Source of the DNA: Octopus vulgaris
Taxonomy: Eukaryota
DNA: 64,000 bases
Assembly (NCBI GenBank): GCA_951406725.2
Contig: OX597820.1
Span: 45,632,001 to 45,696,000, forward strand
Direction of reading: 5' to 3'
Under the pieces are notes generated by a model. That model made no database searches. It worked only from the letters and a program-made list of their open reading frames with translations, and was not told the origin of the DNA. The position numbers were made by a program, and so were the translations under genes. Within the stretch, counting starts at the first letter, position 1. Each line of letters starts with the position of its first letter. Below, piece by piece: positions 12,266-25,249 of this stretch.

Positions 12266-13740
12266 AGTGGCAGTAGTGGTGGCAATGGCAATTATGATGG
12301 TTCTTTCAGAGTGCCTATTGAAGTATTTTGTCTCTCTTGTGACTTACCTCAGCTACTGCTGTATTGCATTTTCCAGCAGGTGTGGCCGATATTGCAAGAG
12401 TATAACAACAAAATAGTTGTTACTCATAACAAAATATTGATTCCTAAACATAGAACAAATTTATGAGATTAGATTAAATCACCCCAATTAGTTGACTGGT
12501 GGTTCTTTCCATCAACCCCCAAAGGATTAAAAGTGAAGTTGATTTCAGTGACATTTGAACTCAAAACAAAACGCCACAACTGAATACCACAAGAGACAGA
12601 GGATCACACATTTATTTTCAACGCACTATCTCTTCTGCCAATCTTTTAGGAGGAAAAAATAGAAAGCAGACAATAGTTATCAGACCATGGGATGAATTAT
12701 TTGTGAAGATACCTCTACAAAAACAATACTTGTTTCAACAAGTTTCTACATCAAAACTCTTACCAAATATATAAAAAGGAAGGAAATATTATGTCTCTGT
12801 ATGTTTACTTTGTATTATGCATGTTCTAGAGTCCTACATAGGTCACAGATTGTTTTAAACTAGAATAGAACACTTCTAATCAAGTCTGCTATTAAAAGCT
12901 AACTCATTACATCACAAGATGTCAGCTGAGACATTGTTGCTAAGATATTAGAGAACACAACCAATCCACCCACCACCTTCATGCACGCTGGTTCTAATTG
13001 TACCTGAATAATTCCACCCACACCAAATACATGACATATTGCAGAATCTTCAGCTGTTTCTGGTATCTTGGCTACCAGAAAAAGAAGAGAAGGAAAAACA
13101 TTTTCTATAGAGTATTGATTTCATTGTCATACACACCACCAAACTTCAATACAGAACATATTCTGACTTTATCTATTCATAGTGGAAAATCCCAAAAAGT
13201 AATCCAAAAGAAAGCAACAATTATTTTGTGACCAACAAGCTAATGAAAGAATTATTAGCAAAAGTATCATTCATTTTAGAGTTGATGGAGAGACTTAATC
13301 AATGCAAATGTTTACATAGGTATGTATCAGACAATGGGGTATTGTCATTGCTGTTGTGCTAGGGGATAAGAAGAAATAGAGATTGTATTTATAAACTGTA
13401 TCAATCATCCAAATGAATATACATATCGCAACTTGCTCTCGGAGCCACTGAGTTGTGCATTCATCATAACTTTGACTAAACAAAAGAATCACAAGGAAGT
13501 TTTTGGCATTATTTGCCGAAAAAAAAAATGTCCACCCAGACAGTCAAAGACAAATTGTCTAAAAGTTCGTAAAGAGCATCTAAATTTAACAATCTATTCA
13601 ACATGAGAAAATTAAGCTGATGGATTAAGACTGTTTGTCAGTAGTAAGGGCTTGATTGGCTATGATCATGCCAAAGGTTTGTTGAACAAGAATAATGATT
13701 TCTGAACCTATGCTGTCTTTAATTGAAAAAATACATTGCA

Positions 13741-13822
<82 letters not shown>

Positions 13823-14016
13823 CATTCAAAAGATGAGATGATCAAAGCTAAAACAAGGACTGATCATAGATCTAGATGATCAGGGTTAACCTGGAGTTAA
13901 ACAACAAGATTTCCTACGTTAAGCAATCATCAATTGACAATAGCATTAACTTTGGACCTCAGAAAAATTGAAAGTAAAGCAAAAACATCCATGATAGAAT
14001 TTTTAGTCTGAATGTT

Positions 14017-14345
14017 TCATCATCATCATTTTAGCATCCACTCTTCTATGCTTGCATGGGTCACATGGAGTTTATCAAGAAAGGTTTTCTACTGTCAGAC
14101 ATATTCTCACTGAATACTGGAAATGAATGCACTGTTTGTATGACAGTGACACATGATATTCAGACAAAGAGACACAAACATAGACATTCAGACACATATA
14201 TGATGGGATTCTTACAGTTTCCATTTAGCAAATCTTCTCACAAGGATTTGGTTGGCTAGAAACTATAGTAGGAGACATGCCCACGGTGCCTCACAGGGGA
14301 ACTGAAGCCATGTGCTTGGGAAACAAACTTTTAACAGCACAAACA
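14017..14345 (-). mobile_element. SINE with CORE head and RTE-like (GAT)n tail
   Basis: (CAT)n then CTTCTATGCTTGCATGGGTC at left; CORE-head reverse complement at right. Confidence 0.65.
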
Positions 14346-14591
14346 CATAATTGTTTGTTATCAACTGCTTATTTTTATCAAAATTAGTAGGGTCAAACAC
14401 TTTATTTGCTTAGTGTTTAAGGAAACTAAATGTTCTTTATCATTTCTGGCATGTTATTGCTCTTGAAAAGTCGTACAGTCCATAAACCAAGAAACATTAT
14501 CTAATAGTGTTCCACCAAATTAAATATCAGATGATGAACAGGCTGATAAAACCTCAGATACAAACTGACAAATTCCAGACCATGGGTTTAA

Positions 14592-14966
14592 TCCTTTAGC
14601 ATTTAAACCATCCATGTCTGGCTTGAATGTTCTACCCGTTTTATTTTCAAACCAGCCTGATCCACCCTTTTAAACCTACTCTATATCATTCTAAACAAGA
14701 AAATTGCAGCAAAGCTGCATGATAGTGGTGTCAGATATGACATGCAGACCATCATATAACTTGTTTGACATTGCACTTTTATTCTTCTCTTCCGTTTTAT
14801 TTTCACATGCGCATTGCATTCATGAGAAGCGCTTTGTGCTCTGATGGTTGTGAAAAAAGCTATCACATCGTCAAAATTTTGAAGCTGCAAGATAAGGCAC
14901 GACTAATTGAAAACAATGTGAATAAATAGGCATTACATTTGTCAGAGTAATCTGAATACTAAAGAG
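14592..14966. mobile_element. piggyBac-type MITE carrying an extra ~155-bp insert
   Basis: TTAA at 14588-14591 and 14967-14970; degenerate CCCTTTAGCATT termini; homologous to 22885-23104 except 14697-14853. Confidence 0.75.
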
Positions 14967-15103
14967 TTAACCCAAACTCATAGCTGTGAGTTTTTCAATC
15001 TTTCAAAGGTTTTCTACTCTAACAGGATCAAAAACACAAGCATTAGAGATGCATTGAAACCTTCCAAAATCTTTTAAATCTCACTCAAGAACATGAACCT
15101 TAT

Positions 15104-15532
15104 CTTTTATCTTTTACTTGTTTCAATTATTGGATTGCAGCCATGCTGGAGCACTGCTTTGAAGGGGTTAGTCAAACAATATCAATCACAGGTTGTTTTT
15201 TTTTGCTTTTGTTTTTTTTTTCGCCTGGTGCTTACTCCGTTGGTCTCTTTTGTTAAGCCACTAGATTGAGGGGATGTAAACAAACCAATACCAGCTGTCG
15301 AGCAGTGGTGAGAAAGAAACAAATACAAACACACACACACATATATATATATACATATATACACACACAAGCTTCTTCCAGTTTCCATATACCTAATCCA
15401 ATCACAAGACTGGATTAGGTAGATGGCCTGAGGCTATAGTAATGAATGTCACACAGTGGGATTGAACCCAAAGCCATGTGATTGGTAAGCAAATTGGGAA
15501 GCAAACTTCTTACCACACAGCCATGCTAGTGC
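15104..15532 (-). mobile_element. tRNA/CORE-type SINE
   Basis: Reverse complement of the 7819-8192 family. Confidence 0.8.
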
Positions 15533-17129
15533 CTCTATACTGACAAACTTGCTAGAAACCTATATGAGAATGAAGGCTTAATGCAGCTAGCTGTTCGAGT
15601 AAAATGTTACATGGATAGAAAACTTCACTGCAAAAATCATGAAAGTTTAGACTTAGGCTACTAATGAGGCAATCACACCGTAAGAGAACGTAGAAATCAG
15701 GTAGCAACTCTGTGCACGTTATTTTTGAAGTATTAGAACACAGTTGTCAGTAGGTAATGCTTAGTTATTTTGACACAGACTACCAACAATAACAAATAGA
15801 GATGTACGAGTCTGGTGTTCACAGAAATAGCAAATGGCGAAATACTTGGACAATGTAAGCTGAGAATAGAACCTGCACAGATACAGCTGAATACTCCATA
15901 AAAGAGGTCTACAAAAAACAGGGTGGTTGGGTAGGTTAGTGGAAATGATATTTAAAAAGAAGGATTAGAGTGGGAGCAAGAACAAGGTGGATGGGAGGGG
16001 TGTCTATGAAATAACCTAAAAGAGGGGAGGAATGGCAGATGGTAATGGTAAATAAAACATACAAAAAAAAAGCAAAGAGAAAGGCTAAGGATGAAGGTCT
16101 GCTCAGTGAGCCAGATAAGGATGAGGAGGAGAAAGAGAAAGCCATATAGAACCAACAGGTCACAGTAAAGAGAGATGTATCTTGTGGGATGTAGGGTGGG
16201 AAGGGAGATATAATGGAAAGGCCCAGTCCTTTCTGTGAAGAGGAAAGGAAAGGAAGCAAAATAAAAGAAAAGGGTTAGAGGATGGGGGGAGGGGTAGATG
16301 TAATTCTGGGAAACTATGAGGAGGCTAAAAACACATGTAATTGTGCTCTAGAATAACCATTATAAAACCACTGGTGGTTGTACTGCAGTCACCAAATATA
16401 CCAAGTCCACCCTTAAAAATAAAGCTACAGCAGCAAAGAGAAAGTCATGGCAAAGACAAGCTTATTTGAGAGGTGTAACAGGAGTAATTTAGAGAGAAAC
16501 ACACATACACACACTACTACTAGTAGTAATTATTAGAATGATGGAGACAGGCAGTCAGTGAGTTAGGGTGGGTATGAACAACTGCAGGGTGGCATGAGAA
16601 AGGACAAGCAAGGGAAGGAAAAAGGAAATTTCTAGAACATCAGCAGTGTATGTAAGATACAGAAAAAATAAATAAATAGAAATATTAAAAACAAAAACTA
16701 CAGATTACAGACAAATGGGATTATAAGCCTAAGTGCTAATAATCTGCAGTCAGATTAATGCAGATTAACTTATCCTCCCTCCCAATACTCAGTAAAGAGG
16801 TGATCAGATTGTAGCTTCACCTGAACAGTATAATGGAGCAGATAAGAATAGATTTTCCTTTAACACCAGTTGGTAAGTTGCCACACTGGCTGTTTACACA
16901 AAAATATACACAAATGTTGGGCCACAGTTACACAACAGTCAACACACTCACACACATTCATTTAAATATAGTTCTAGGTTTCCCTACAAAACAAAAAAAA
17001 AGAAGTGGGGGGAGTGTTTATTTGCAAATAATTTCTATTATTTACAATGTAGTTTGGAAAAGCTAGAGGCCCTATACCTTTCAATCACCCTTGCAGGTTG
17101 ATGTTGTGAAAACAAAGGCAAGAAGGAAA

Positions 17130-17347
17130 TTACAATTAGCATTATAATTGGCCATATCTGGCCAAAATATTCTGCCTACTTTATGTTCAAACTGGCCAGA
17201 TCTTGTCTCTCACATCTACCCTACAATGTCATTTTTAAAATAAACAATGACATCATCAAAATCTTGGAGCTGAGATAATGCATGATTAATTCAAAACAGT
17301 GTGAATACATAAGCATTACATATAACAATAATCTGAATGCTAAAGGG
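17130..17347. mobile_element. piggyBac-type MITE
   Basis: Right end AATGCTAAAGGG|TTAA (17348-17351); interior matches other copies; left end decayed. Confidence 0.75.
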
Positions 17348-17454
17348 TTAAAGAACTACAGACAAAATGTTTGGGCAAATTGTTTGGTGTAGGGAACGAA
17401 GGATAATATGGATGATGAGAGGCAGAGGAGGGCGATGCACAATTTGCTAGTTTG

Positions 17455-17602
17455 CAGTAATATTTCTGAACCATTTATTGCCTGTGGGCCCCTTTGATTC
17501 CGATTTTTCTCAAGTGGACCCTCATAGCCATTTGATGTTTAAAAATTCCTATTATATTTATAAACAACAAAATCTTATATGGATCCTGGTTGAGAACCAC
17601 TG
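17455..17602. mobile_element. hAT-type MITE, internally deleted
   Basis: Ends GTTGAGAACCACTG; shares GGACCCTCATAGCCATT.ATGTTTAAAAA and AACAAAATCTTATATGGA with 32889-33126. Confidence 0.7.
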
Positions 17603-17780
17603 GTCTAATGCAACAAATACAGTAGTAGTAGTAGTAGGTAGAAGGATAATGTGTTGGTGCATTAGTAGATGCAGAGGACTATGGATGAGGGTTTACCAAT
17701 AACTCAGTTACGAAGGCACTCAAATGCTGTACTAATTAATAACTATACAACACAAAATATTAAGGGCTCCCATATCGCAT

Positions 17781-18101
17781 GTATCACTGGCATGGGTGCC
17801 CCTTATGCATCACCAGCATGAGTGCCCCGTACGCATCACCAACACGGGTGCTCCTTACACATCACTGGCACGGGTGCCCCTTTCGCATAACCGGCACAGG
17901 TATCCCTTTTGCATCACCAGCTTGGGTGCCCCTTAGGCATCCACTGGCACGGGTGCCCCTTACGCATCACCAGCACGGGTGCCTTTTACATGTCACCAGT
18001 ATGAATACCTTTCATGTGTCACCAGCATGAGTGCCTTTTTATGTGTCACCAGCACAAGTGCCTTTTACGTGTCACCAGCATGAGTGCCTCACACGTGTCA
18101 C
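17781..18101. repeat. 26-bp minisatellite, 12 units
   Basis: Unit consensus GCATCACCAGCACGGGTGCCCCTTAC; starts at 17781, 17807, 17833, 17859, 17885, 17911, 17937, 17964, 17990, 18016, 18043, 18069. Confidence 0.92.
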
Positions 18102-18206
18102 GTGTTGCCAGCACTGACCGCAACTATGATTTCACTTAGCTTGATGCATCTCCTCAAACACAGCAAATCACCAAAAGTCTCAGTCATTTGTCATCAACTC
18201 TGTGAG
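18102..18206 (-). mobile_element. RTE LINE ORF-end relic adjoining the minisatellite
   Basis: TCTCCTCAAACACAGCAAATCACCAAAAGTCTCAGTCATTTGTCAT aligns with TCTTCTCACGCACAGCATACTTCCAAAGGTCTCGGTCTCTGGTCAT at 54591-54636. Confidence 0.7.
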
Positions 18207-18649
18207 ATATAATAAAGATAAAAATTTTAGAATGCCAAGATGCTAAATAATTCTGAGGGGCCTTGTACGAAATCCTGGTTTTGTGATTTTAAAGGGAGTG
18301 ATGGTTAAATATGAACATTTTCTCCAATAGTTGCACAAGCTACAGCTTTTATTAACAGGAAAACTGTAGGACTTTATTCTTTATTTTTCTTTTTACCTTA
18401 AAGCCATTATTATTTTGCACCATGATAAAAGACAATCAAGCCAGGACCATCCCAAATTTGTATATCAAAAACTACATTTTGCAATACAGCTAGAGTTAAT
18501 TTGTCACCTGGTTTAACATCATCACTGGTCTGTTTGCACTTATAGAGCAAGCCACTGTTGCAAGCATTGAGTGCCATATCTCCAGTCTGAGGATAACTTC
18601 TTTCTTTTCCCTTCCAGTGACTGAAGCCTTGAAAAGGGTCATTAAGTAA

Positions 18650-18720
18650 TGTTTGATCTGAGAGATTTGGTTGGCATTTCTTGCAGGTCAAGTGACTACA
18701 CAGAGGCTTCCCTCATTGGC
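18650..18720 (-). mobile_element. Family X 5' end (HDV-like ribozyme relic)
   Basis: Minus strand GCCAAT GAGGGAA GCC TCTGTGT AGT CACTT GA CCTGCAA GAAA TGCCAA CCAAAT CTCTC. Confidence 0.6.
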
Positions 18721-19119
18721 TTAAATGTGTCGGAATTTATGTTACATGGATGAAAGACAACTCTATTTCTGGATAAATCGAGAGTTTTTCAGGAGTACTT
18801 CAGCTCCAAACATTTGTCAGTCAGAGAGAGGTATGATACACCTGTAACAATTGATCTACAGATGGCACCTAGTTGTTTCATTGACATCCTATGTAGTTCT
18901 GAGGAGTAAGGATTAGAAATAAAAAGGGTGAGGTAGAAAATCAGGTAGAGTATCTAGAGATGGATGAGACGCCGTAGTGGTAAAAGGAGTGCATTGATGC
19001 ACAGCTGATCAGAAGTTACTGTTGTACTGGGAACCAACGAATCATTAACCACACAAACCAGCAATGCTGTGCCAATAAGCTCAACTAACAAACATCCATA
19101 GCTTGACTGACAATGTACA

Positions 19120-19495
19120 TTGGACAACTGTAACTGTACCCAACCATAGACAGATCAGCAACCTCGACTACATCCAACCAGAGATACACAGCCTCAAATA
19201 TATCTCACCATGGTTGGACCAACATCTTCAACTATACACCATATTAGTTAGATTAACAATCACAGCAATATCCAACCACTGTTAGACTAACAACCTTAAT
19301 TATATTCAACCACAGGTAGACAGACAAACCTCAATTACAAACTATCCTAGAAACCAACAACTTTAAATATACCTTACCATAATTAGACCAACACCCTCAA
19401 CTTTAACAAGTCAGGTCAACAACCGCAATTATATCCAACCTTTGTTAGACTAACAATGTTAATTATATCTAACTACAGACCAACAACTTTCAAAC
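19120..19495. repeat. Degenerate ~35-bp minisatellite
   Basis: Recurring GTTAGACCAACAACCTCAACTATATCCAACCA-like units, about 11 copies. Confidence 0.7.
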
Positions 19496-19761
19496 ATTAG
19501 AAATAGGTAGCCATAAGATTAGGAAACTGCAGGAAGACCAAGATAATATATTAGTAGCTGTAAAATCAACTAACATAAACATGTTCACACAAGGATGTAA
19601 TTAGTAATAGCGCTAAGATCAACTAACCTCAAAAGACTGTAGTAATATCAGTCCAATCTTTTTTCTGGAACTACCATATCTGAAAATAGAAAATTCAGTT
19701 TTGTCAGAAATCAGAAGCAAATTAACAGCAGCTACAATAATAATAATAACAATAATAATAA

Positions 19762-19970
19762 ACCCATCGAGCCTGTACATGAGTCAGTTGGCCTGCTAGA
19801 AATACCACCAAGGTCTCCAATTCACAACCTGCTTTCTCAGTAAAGAATGATACACTACAGAGTAGCCCTAGAAATATGAAAAAGATAGGATGGTCATAGC
19901 TAAAAAGCCTCTAACATTAGTTTACCAAATCAGAGTTGACTTTGGTACTAATCAGCCATATTTAACAACA
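19762..19970 (+). mobile_element. Family X repeat, near full length
   Basis: GGCCTGCTAGAAATA...GGATGGTCATAGCT...AATCAGAGTTGACTTTGG tail. Confidence 0.6.
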
Positions 19971-22544
19971 ATAAAGTCATTGTTAGATAAGATGCTGGTC
20001 TACCAACATCTATTGTTCACTATGTCTAATTTGTATCTATGGTCAAAACACCAGGCTATCACTGTCTCAATACAACTAGCTGTAAATAATGTGGTAGCTT
20101 CGGTGCAATGCTGTATCAGTGTAAACAGTGAACTTATTGTTTGATTAACAACTATTTCGTTAGTTGAGAGTGCTGAGTTCAAGTCCTGTTAAAGGCATAA
20201 ACTAACATAAAAACATTCACATCATACATTGATAGATATAAAGAAAGCTGGCGTAAGTGCTCTATCAATGCACTCACCCAAAAGCCTGAAGTGAGATATG
20301 AACTTCTGAGTCAGACATCCAGTGTTTTATCTCTAGCTATTTAATTCAGAAAGATTATTACACAAGTATGAACCAGCCATCCCTGCCCTTTTATGTATTG
20401 CTGCTTATCACTTCCTTCTCCTTATCCCATTGCTATTTTCCTTTACCTAGTTCTCAAACTGAGATTCACCATTGCCCATGCTTCCATCTGTGTCTTCCAT
20501 TCACCTCTAACCCCCTCTGTCATTCTCCTTTCCCATCCTGCAAACCTACCCAGCCACTCATCTTCAATCCATCATTATTCTTTCTTAAATCCACCTTCTA
20601 GTCTTTTTTGATGATGTCCTAAACACCTCATCACCATCATCCTCTCTTTCTTTCAAGCTGAGGTATCTCCTTTACAGATCCTGTACCTTTATATTTTAGC
20701 TTGTTAACACCAGGTACAAATCACCTGCTTCAATACAGCACTTCTATACAGTTGAGAGAGTCTTGTCTTGCAAGTTATTTGGTGGCCTCAATGTTGGTAC
20801 CACAAAAAAAAAAGCACATCAAATTCTGTAAAGTGGTTAGCATTAGGAAGGGCATCCAGCTATAGAAACCATGCCAAAACAGAGATGCATGTATGTTTAA
20901 GTGTACACACACATAATTGCATGATTGTTTACATAAGCACTTCTCCAAAAATTAATGAAACTGTTCTCACATCCCTGCCAAAAAATTGTCCACTGCCTCT
21001 GTGCTTCCAAAGACATGTAAAATGGAAGATCTTATACTTGAAAAACAGGTAAGGGTTAATGACAGGAAGTGCATCCAGCTCTAAAACATTACTTCAATAC
21101 ATATTTGCCTAACATATGCTAGCATTGAAAAACAATGAAGCAGAGGAATAAACTCATTGCTGTAAGCAGTGACATTACTTCAAAACCACTTAGGGTTTCA
21201 TTAGCTAGTTCTTCTAGTTACCAATATAGCCAGGAGAAAGAGGAGTTCCAACAAATTTATTTGTTCAAGATACACTTCAGCAATGTCCCTACAATGAAGC
21301 CCTTGTTGGAGTCATTCAACTATAGTACATCCCATTTAATTTCCAAAACTGGTTCTCTGCTTTAAAAACAAGGCCAAAATATATGGAACTCTAGCGAACA
21401 CCATTAAATAGAGATAAGCCACTTCAGTTCATTCCTGGTTGTGTTTGTTTCATATGCATAACTAATGTCTTTGGAAAAGGTATAAAACAATTTTCCTTTT
21501 GTGTCTATCTTGATGCCAGTAGGGTTAAACAGTCAACAAGAATAGTCAGTGAACACTGATAATCACCTACAAATAGATACCACCAGTTATAAATAGTTAG
21601 AAAGAAAAATCAAATTATAAGATGTTTAACATATGTACTTCCATGCGTATACAATATGATTTCAATTAGGTTTTTAACTGCAGACTTGTTTAACCTATGC
21701 TTGCATGGAAAAACAGAAATGTAAAAAGACAATGACTCAGTGAGTTGCTAAGAGGTTTGGGTTTCATGAAACTCAGTCCGAAAAATAAAGTAAAATTAAT
21801 ACATTTATCTTAATACAACCACTACAGCTACCACTACCAATGATAATAGCCAACACCATGACCACATTCTTTGAAAACTAACATTGTTCTAATACAATAG
21901 CCAACAACAAGCCATTTGTATTAACGGTCAGTGGAGGGTGTGGAGTAATTAGTTAATATGGAATGAATTTCATCTCATATTTGATGCACGTGCTTGCACA
22001 CACATATACACACACAAAATCTATCAACAGACTTCAAATTGGCAAAGAATTAAAAAAAAAAAGTAAAAGAAAAAACATTAATAGGAAATGCAATCACAAT
22101 AATACTAGCTACCACTACTTGTATTACAACTTATGCAATCACAGCTATCACTGTCATTACAACCATAGCAATCACAACCAGTCATTACCTACAGCCAAAC
22201 TTCAATTCTATGGAGAATAATAGAGGAATTTTCTAGAAGGAAGCAAGAATAATATTTGCCAATCATATCAATTGGTTTCTCTGAAAATTACAGGATATTG
22301 AATGATTGTCTTGGTGGAGGGGAAGAGAAGCAATTTAAAAGAGGACAGGGAGTCCCTAACAAAGAATTTACAGGCTAATTTCATTAAATGGAATCAGATG
22401 GATGAAATTCAATGCAGAACTGCCAGAGGGGCAGTAGACAGAATTAAGTGAGTTAGGAGAAAAATGTGTCTAATTTTGATAAGTGTGTAAGTGAATGGAT
22501 GTGGAGTGGACTGGGTATAGACAACAAAATACTTCAACAATGAG

Positions 22545-22835
22545 TACTACTTCTGCACCATCCAGATTACTAATTTCCATACTACATCATAGTAAGACAC
22601 AACAGTCTGCTTAGTGACTTCCACACCATAATAAACACAGCAGACAGTTCATTAACTTGCACACCACACAATGGTAAACATACCACTCGGTTTACTGATT
22701 TCTACACCAAAGTAAATAGCTAGCAACCAGTTTACTAAGTTCCACACAACAATCAAATGTACTGATTAGGTTTTACTAACTTCCACACCACCATGTATTA
22801 AACACACAAGTCAGTTTATTAGACTCCACAGTACA
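22545..22835. repeat. Degenerate ~40-bp minisatellite
   Basis: Recurring GTTTACTAACTTCCACACCA...GTAAACACA units, about 7 copies. Confidence 0.7.
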
Positions 22836-22884
22836 CTTGCCACTATCCTCTCAGAAGAAAACGGAGGGATGGCACCATGTTTAA

Positions 22885-23104
22885 CTCATTAGCATTCAGA
22901 TTACTCAGTAAAATGGAATGCTTGTTTATCCACATTGTTTTGAATTAATCATGCATTATCATGTAACTTCAAGATTCTGATGATCTGAATGTTAATTTTT
23001 AGAATGACATTGTAGGGTAGGTGTGAAAGGCTGGATCTGGTCAGTTTCAACATAAAACAGGTAGACTATTGCAGCTGAATATGGCAGGTTTAAATTCTAG
23101 AGGG
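22885..23104. mobile_element. piggyBac-type MITE (~220 bp)
   Basis: TTAA TSD at 22881-22884 and 23105-23108; termini CTCATTAGCATT / AATTCTAGAGGG derived from CCCTTTAGCATT. Confidence 0.8.
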
Positions 23105-23995
23105 TTAAACTCTGAATTCAAGGATAAAACTATCATTAGCCTCAATAAAATCAGTGTGGTAATAGCTAGAAACACCAGTTGATCGTTCTACTCAACTTGA
23201 TTCTATTGTATCAAACCTGTTCAAAGTGAATTGACTGGTGAGGAAGGGCTGCGTTGCTCAATGGCAGCAACAGGGTAATGTATATGACAAGTGTCAAGCC
23301 AATGGCATACCTGTGACTGGTCAGACTGACCTGCTGGAAATAACTAGATATACAATAAAGAAAACCCATCAATTTTAAAAACAAAACAGTAGGTAAAGCT
23401 ACAAGTAACAGCATGTAGAATTATTATTCACAGCTTTATCTGCAGGTTCTATTGTTAAAATGATTTATTTCATAACTCACTAAGGTTCTTAAAAAAAAAT
23501 AAAATAAAAATTCCTATAATGCAAACAAAAATATATACAGAAAAATTGGATTGTTCTCATAAAATTTTCTCATGTATATGAATTTCAAATTAATTTTATT
23601 TCTCTCTATCTCTTTTAAACTATTAATGAACTGAGAGAACAGTAATGCCTTTATCCTAAAGAAACAATTCTCATTATGGTTCCTCATCCCTCTGTAAAGT
23701 TAATAATTTAATTTAATGCAATCTCATGTTTAATAGACCTCTGTTTTCCTAACTACTTTGTATCGAAGAGATCTGACTAGATTGAAATAGCAGCTATATG
23801 CAAATGTTAAAGACACTTATGAGGAAAAGGCAAATTAAGGGAAAGAAGATTTAATGAAATAAATGCTTAAAGAAATTTTTTTCAATTTCTTTCACTTATG
23901 AAAACAATTTAGTAATATGGATTTTGGCAAGGCAATTCTTTCCCTGGCCATACAGATGAACAACCAAACAACAGAGAGATTTACAAGAATATATA

Positions 23996-25249
23996 TTGGG
24001 TCACCCCATAAATAATGCAGTTTTTTCAATTGCATGAACTAAAAGTCGGAGGGGAATGAGATAAACTACCTGTATCAACTTGCTATAAAAGCAGGCAGTA
24101 ATTTTACCTTGAACTTATTCTTTGTGCAAGTTTTGAAAAGTGCAGTTTGATTTTAAGTTATTTTTTTAAAGCTATAAAGGAGCATATTCAGCATATTTTG
24201 CTTTATGAATTCAATAGAGGCAACAATGCAATAGAAAGCGTGAGGAATATTAATGCAGTATATGGGGGTTGGACAATAAGCGTAATCCACTGTCAACGGT
24301 GATTCCAGATATTTTGAGCTGGAACTACAACCTAGAAGATAAGCCTTGTCCTGGAAGATTTGTAGAGTTCAATGAGGACTTCCTGCAAACCCTGGTGGAA
24401 CAAAATTCCATCATAACTGTTAAGGAACTAGCAGAGAAGCTTGGATTTGGTCATTCAACCAGCCTTCGACACCTGCATGCCATCAAAGTCAGTGAATTGG
24501 GTCAATGGGTTCCTCACAAACTTTTCAAGTCTAATCATGCACAGAGAGTGAATGTGTGCTCTTCTTTGCTGTTGTGTTTCACAAATTAACCTTTTTTGAA
24601 CTGAATAGTGACAAGAAATAGGTCGCCTATAAAAAATATCAAGTGCCGAAGACAGTGGGCAGGGAAAGGAGAAACACCAGCACTCCAGGCTAAAAAAGGT
24701 TGTCACCCACATAACATGTTATCTGTTTGGTGGGATATGAAAGGTTTAGTCTATTTTAAACATTTAAACCTAAAACGATAACAAAGGAGATCTACTGTAA
24801 ACAGCTTGAGTGGCTTAAGTCAACACTAGGAGGAAAACAACCATCTTTGGTTTCAAGACAAAAGGTGTTCTTCCATGAGGATAATGCTTGGTCACATACA
24901 ATGAGGATGACATTCCAAAGGCTGAAGTAGTTTAAATGGGAAACGATGCCCCACCTACCATATTCGCCAGACATTGTGCCAACTGATTATCATTTATTCT
25001 GTAGTCTTCAAAATCATTTGGAGGCAAAACAATATGAATTCTGTAAAAGAGGTCAGAACAGTACTGGAGGAGTATTTTTTGTCACGGACAAGTGAATTTT
25101 GGAAGAGGGGCCTTGCAAGTCTACTAGATAGATGGAAGAGCATTGTAGAAAATGAAGGAGAGTATATTTTTGATTTTAAAAAAACTATTTTAATTTTGAA
25201 AAATAAAATAAAAGTATAAAAAAGCCGCATTATTTATGGGGTGACCCAA
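23996..25249 (+). mobile_element. Full-length mariner DNA transposon (1254 bp), defective
   Basis: TA duplication (23994-5, 25250-1); TIR TTGGGTCACCCCATAAATAATGC perfect for 23 bp and extendable to ~31 bp. Confidence 0.95.
24176..25180 (+). pseudogene. Mariner transposase pseudogene
   Basis: KEHIQHILLYEFNRG, GQWVPHKL, LSVWWDMKG, PYSPDIVPTDYHLF, RWKSIVENEGEY motifs; multiple stops and frameshifts. Confidence 0.92.

Noticed and set aside
17781-18101. CRISPR-like array
   Set aside because: Contiguous tandem units without unique spacers, no cas genes, eukaryotic context.
18410-18691. 93-aa minus-strand ORF
   Set aside because: Begins inside a family X repeat with a non-ATG start and shows no recognisable motif.
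20278-20285. 8-nt microexon (CAG|GCTTTTGG|GTGAGT, minus strand)
   Set aside because: Frame-shifting length and weak pyrimidine tract; expected by chance in 64 kb.
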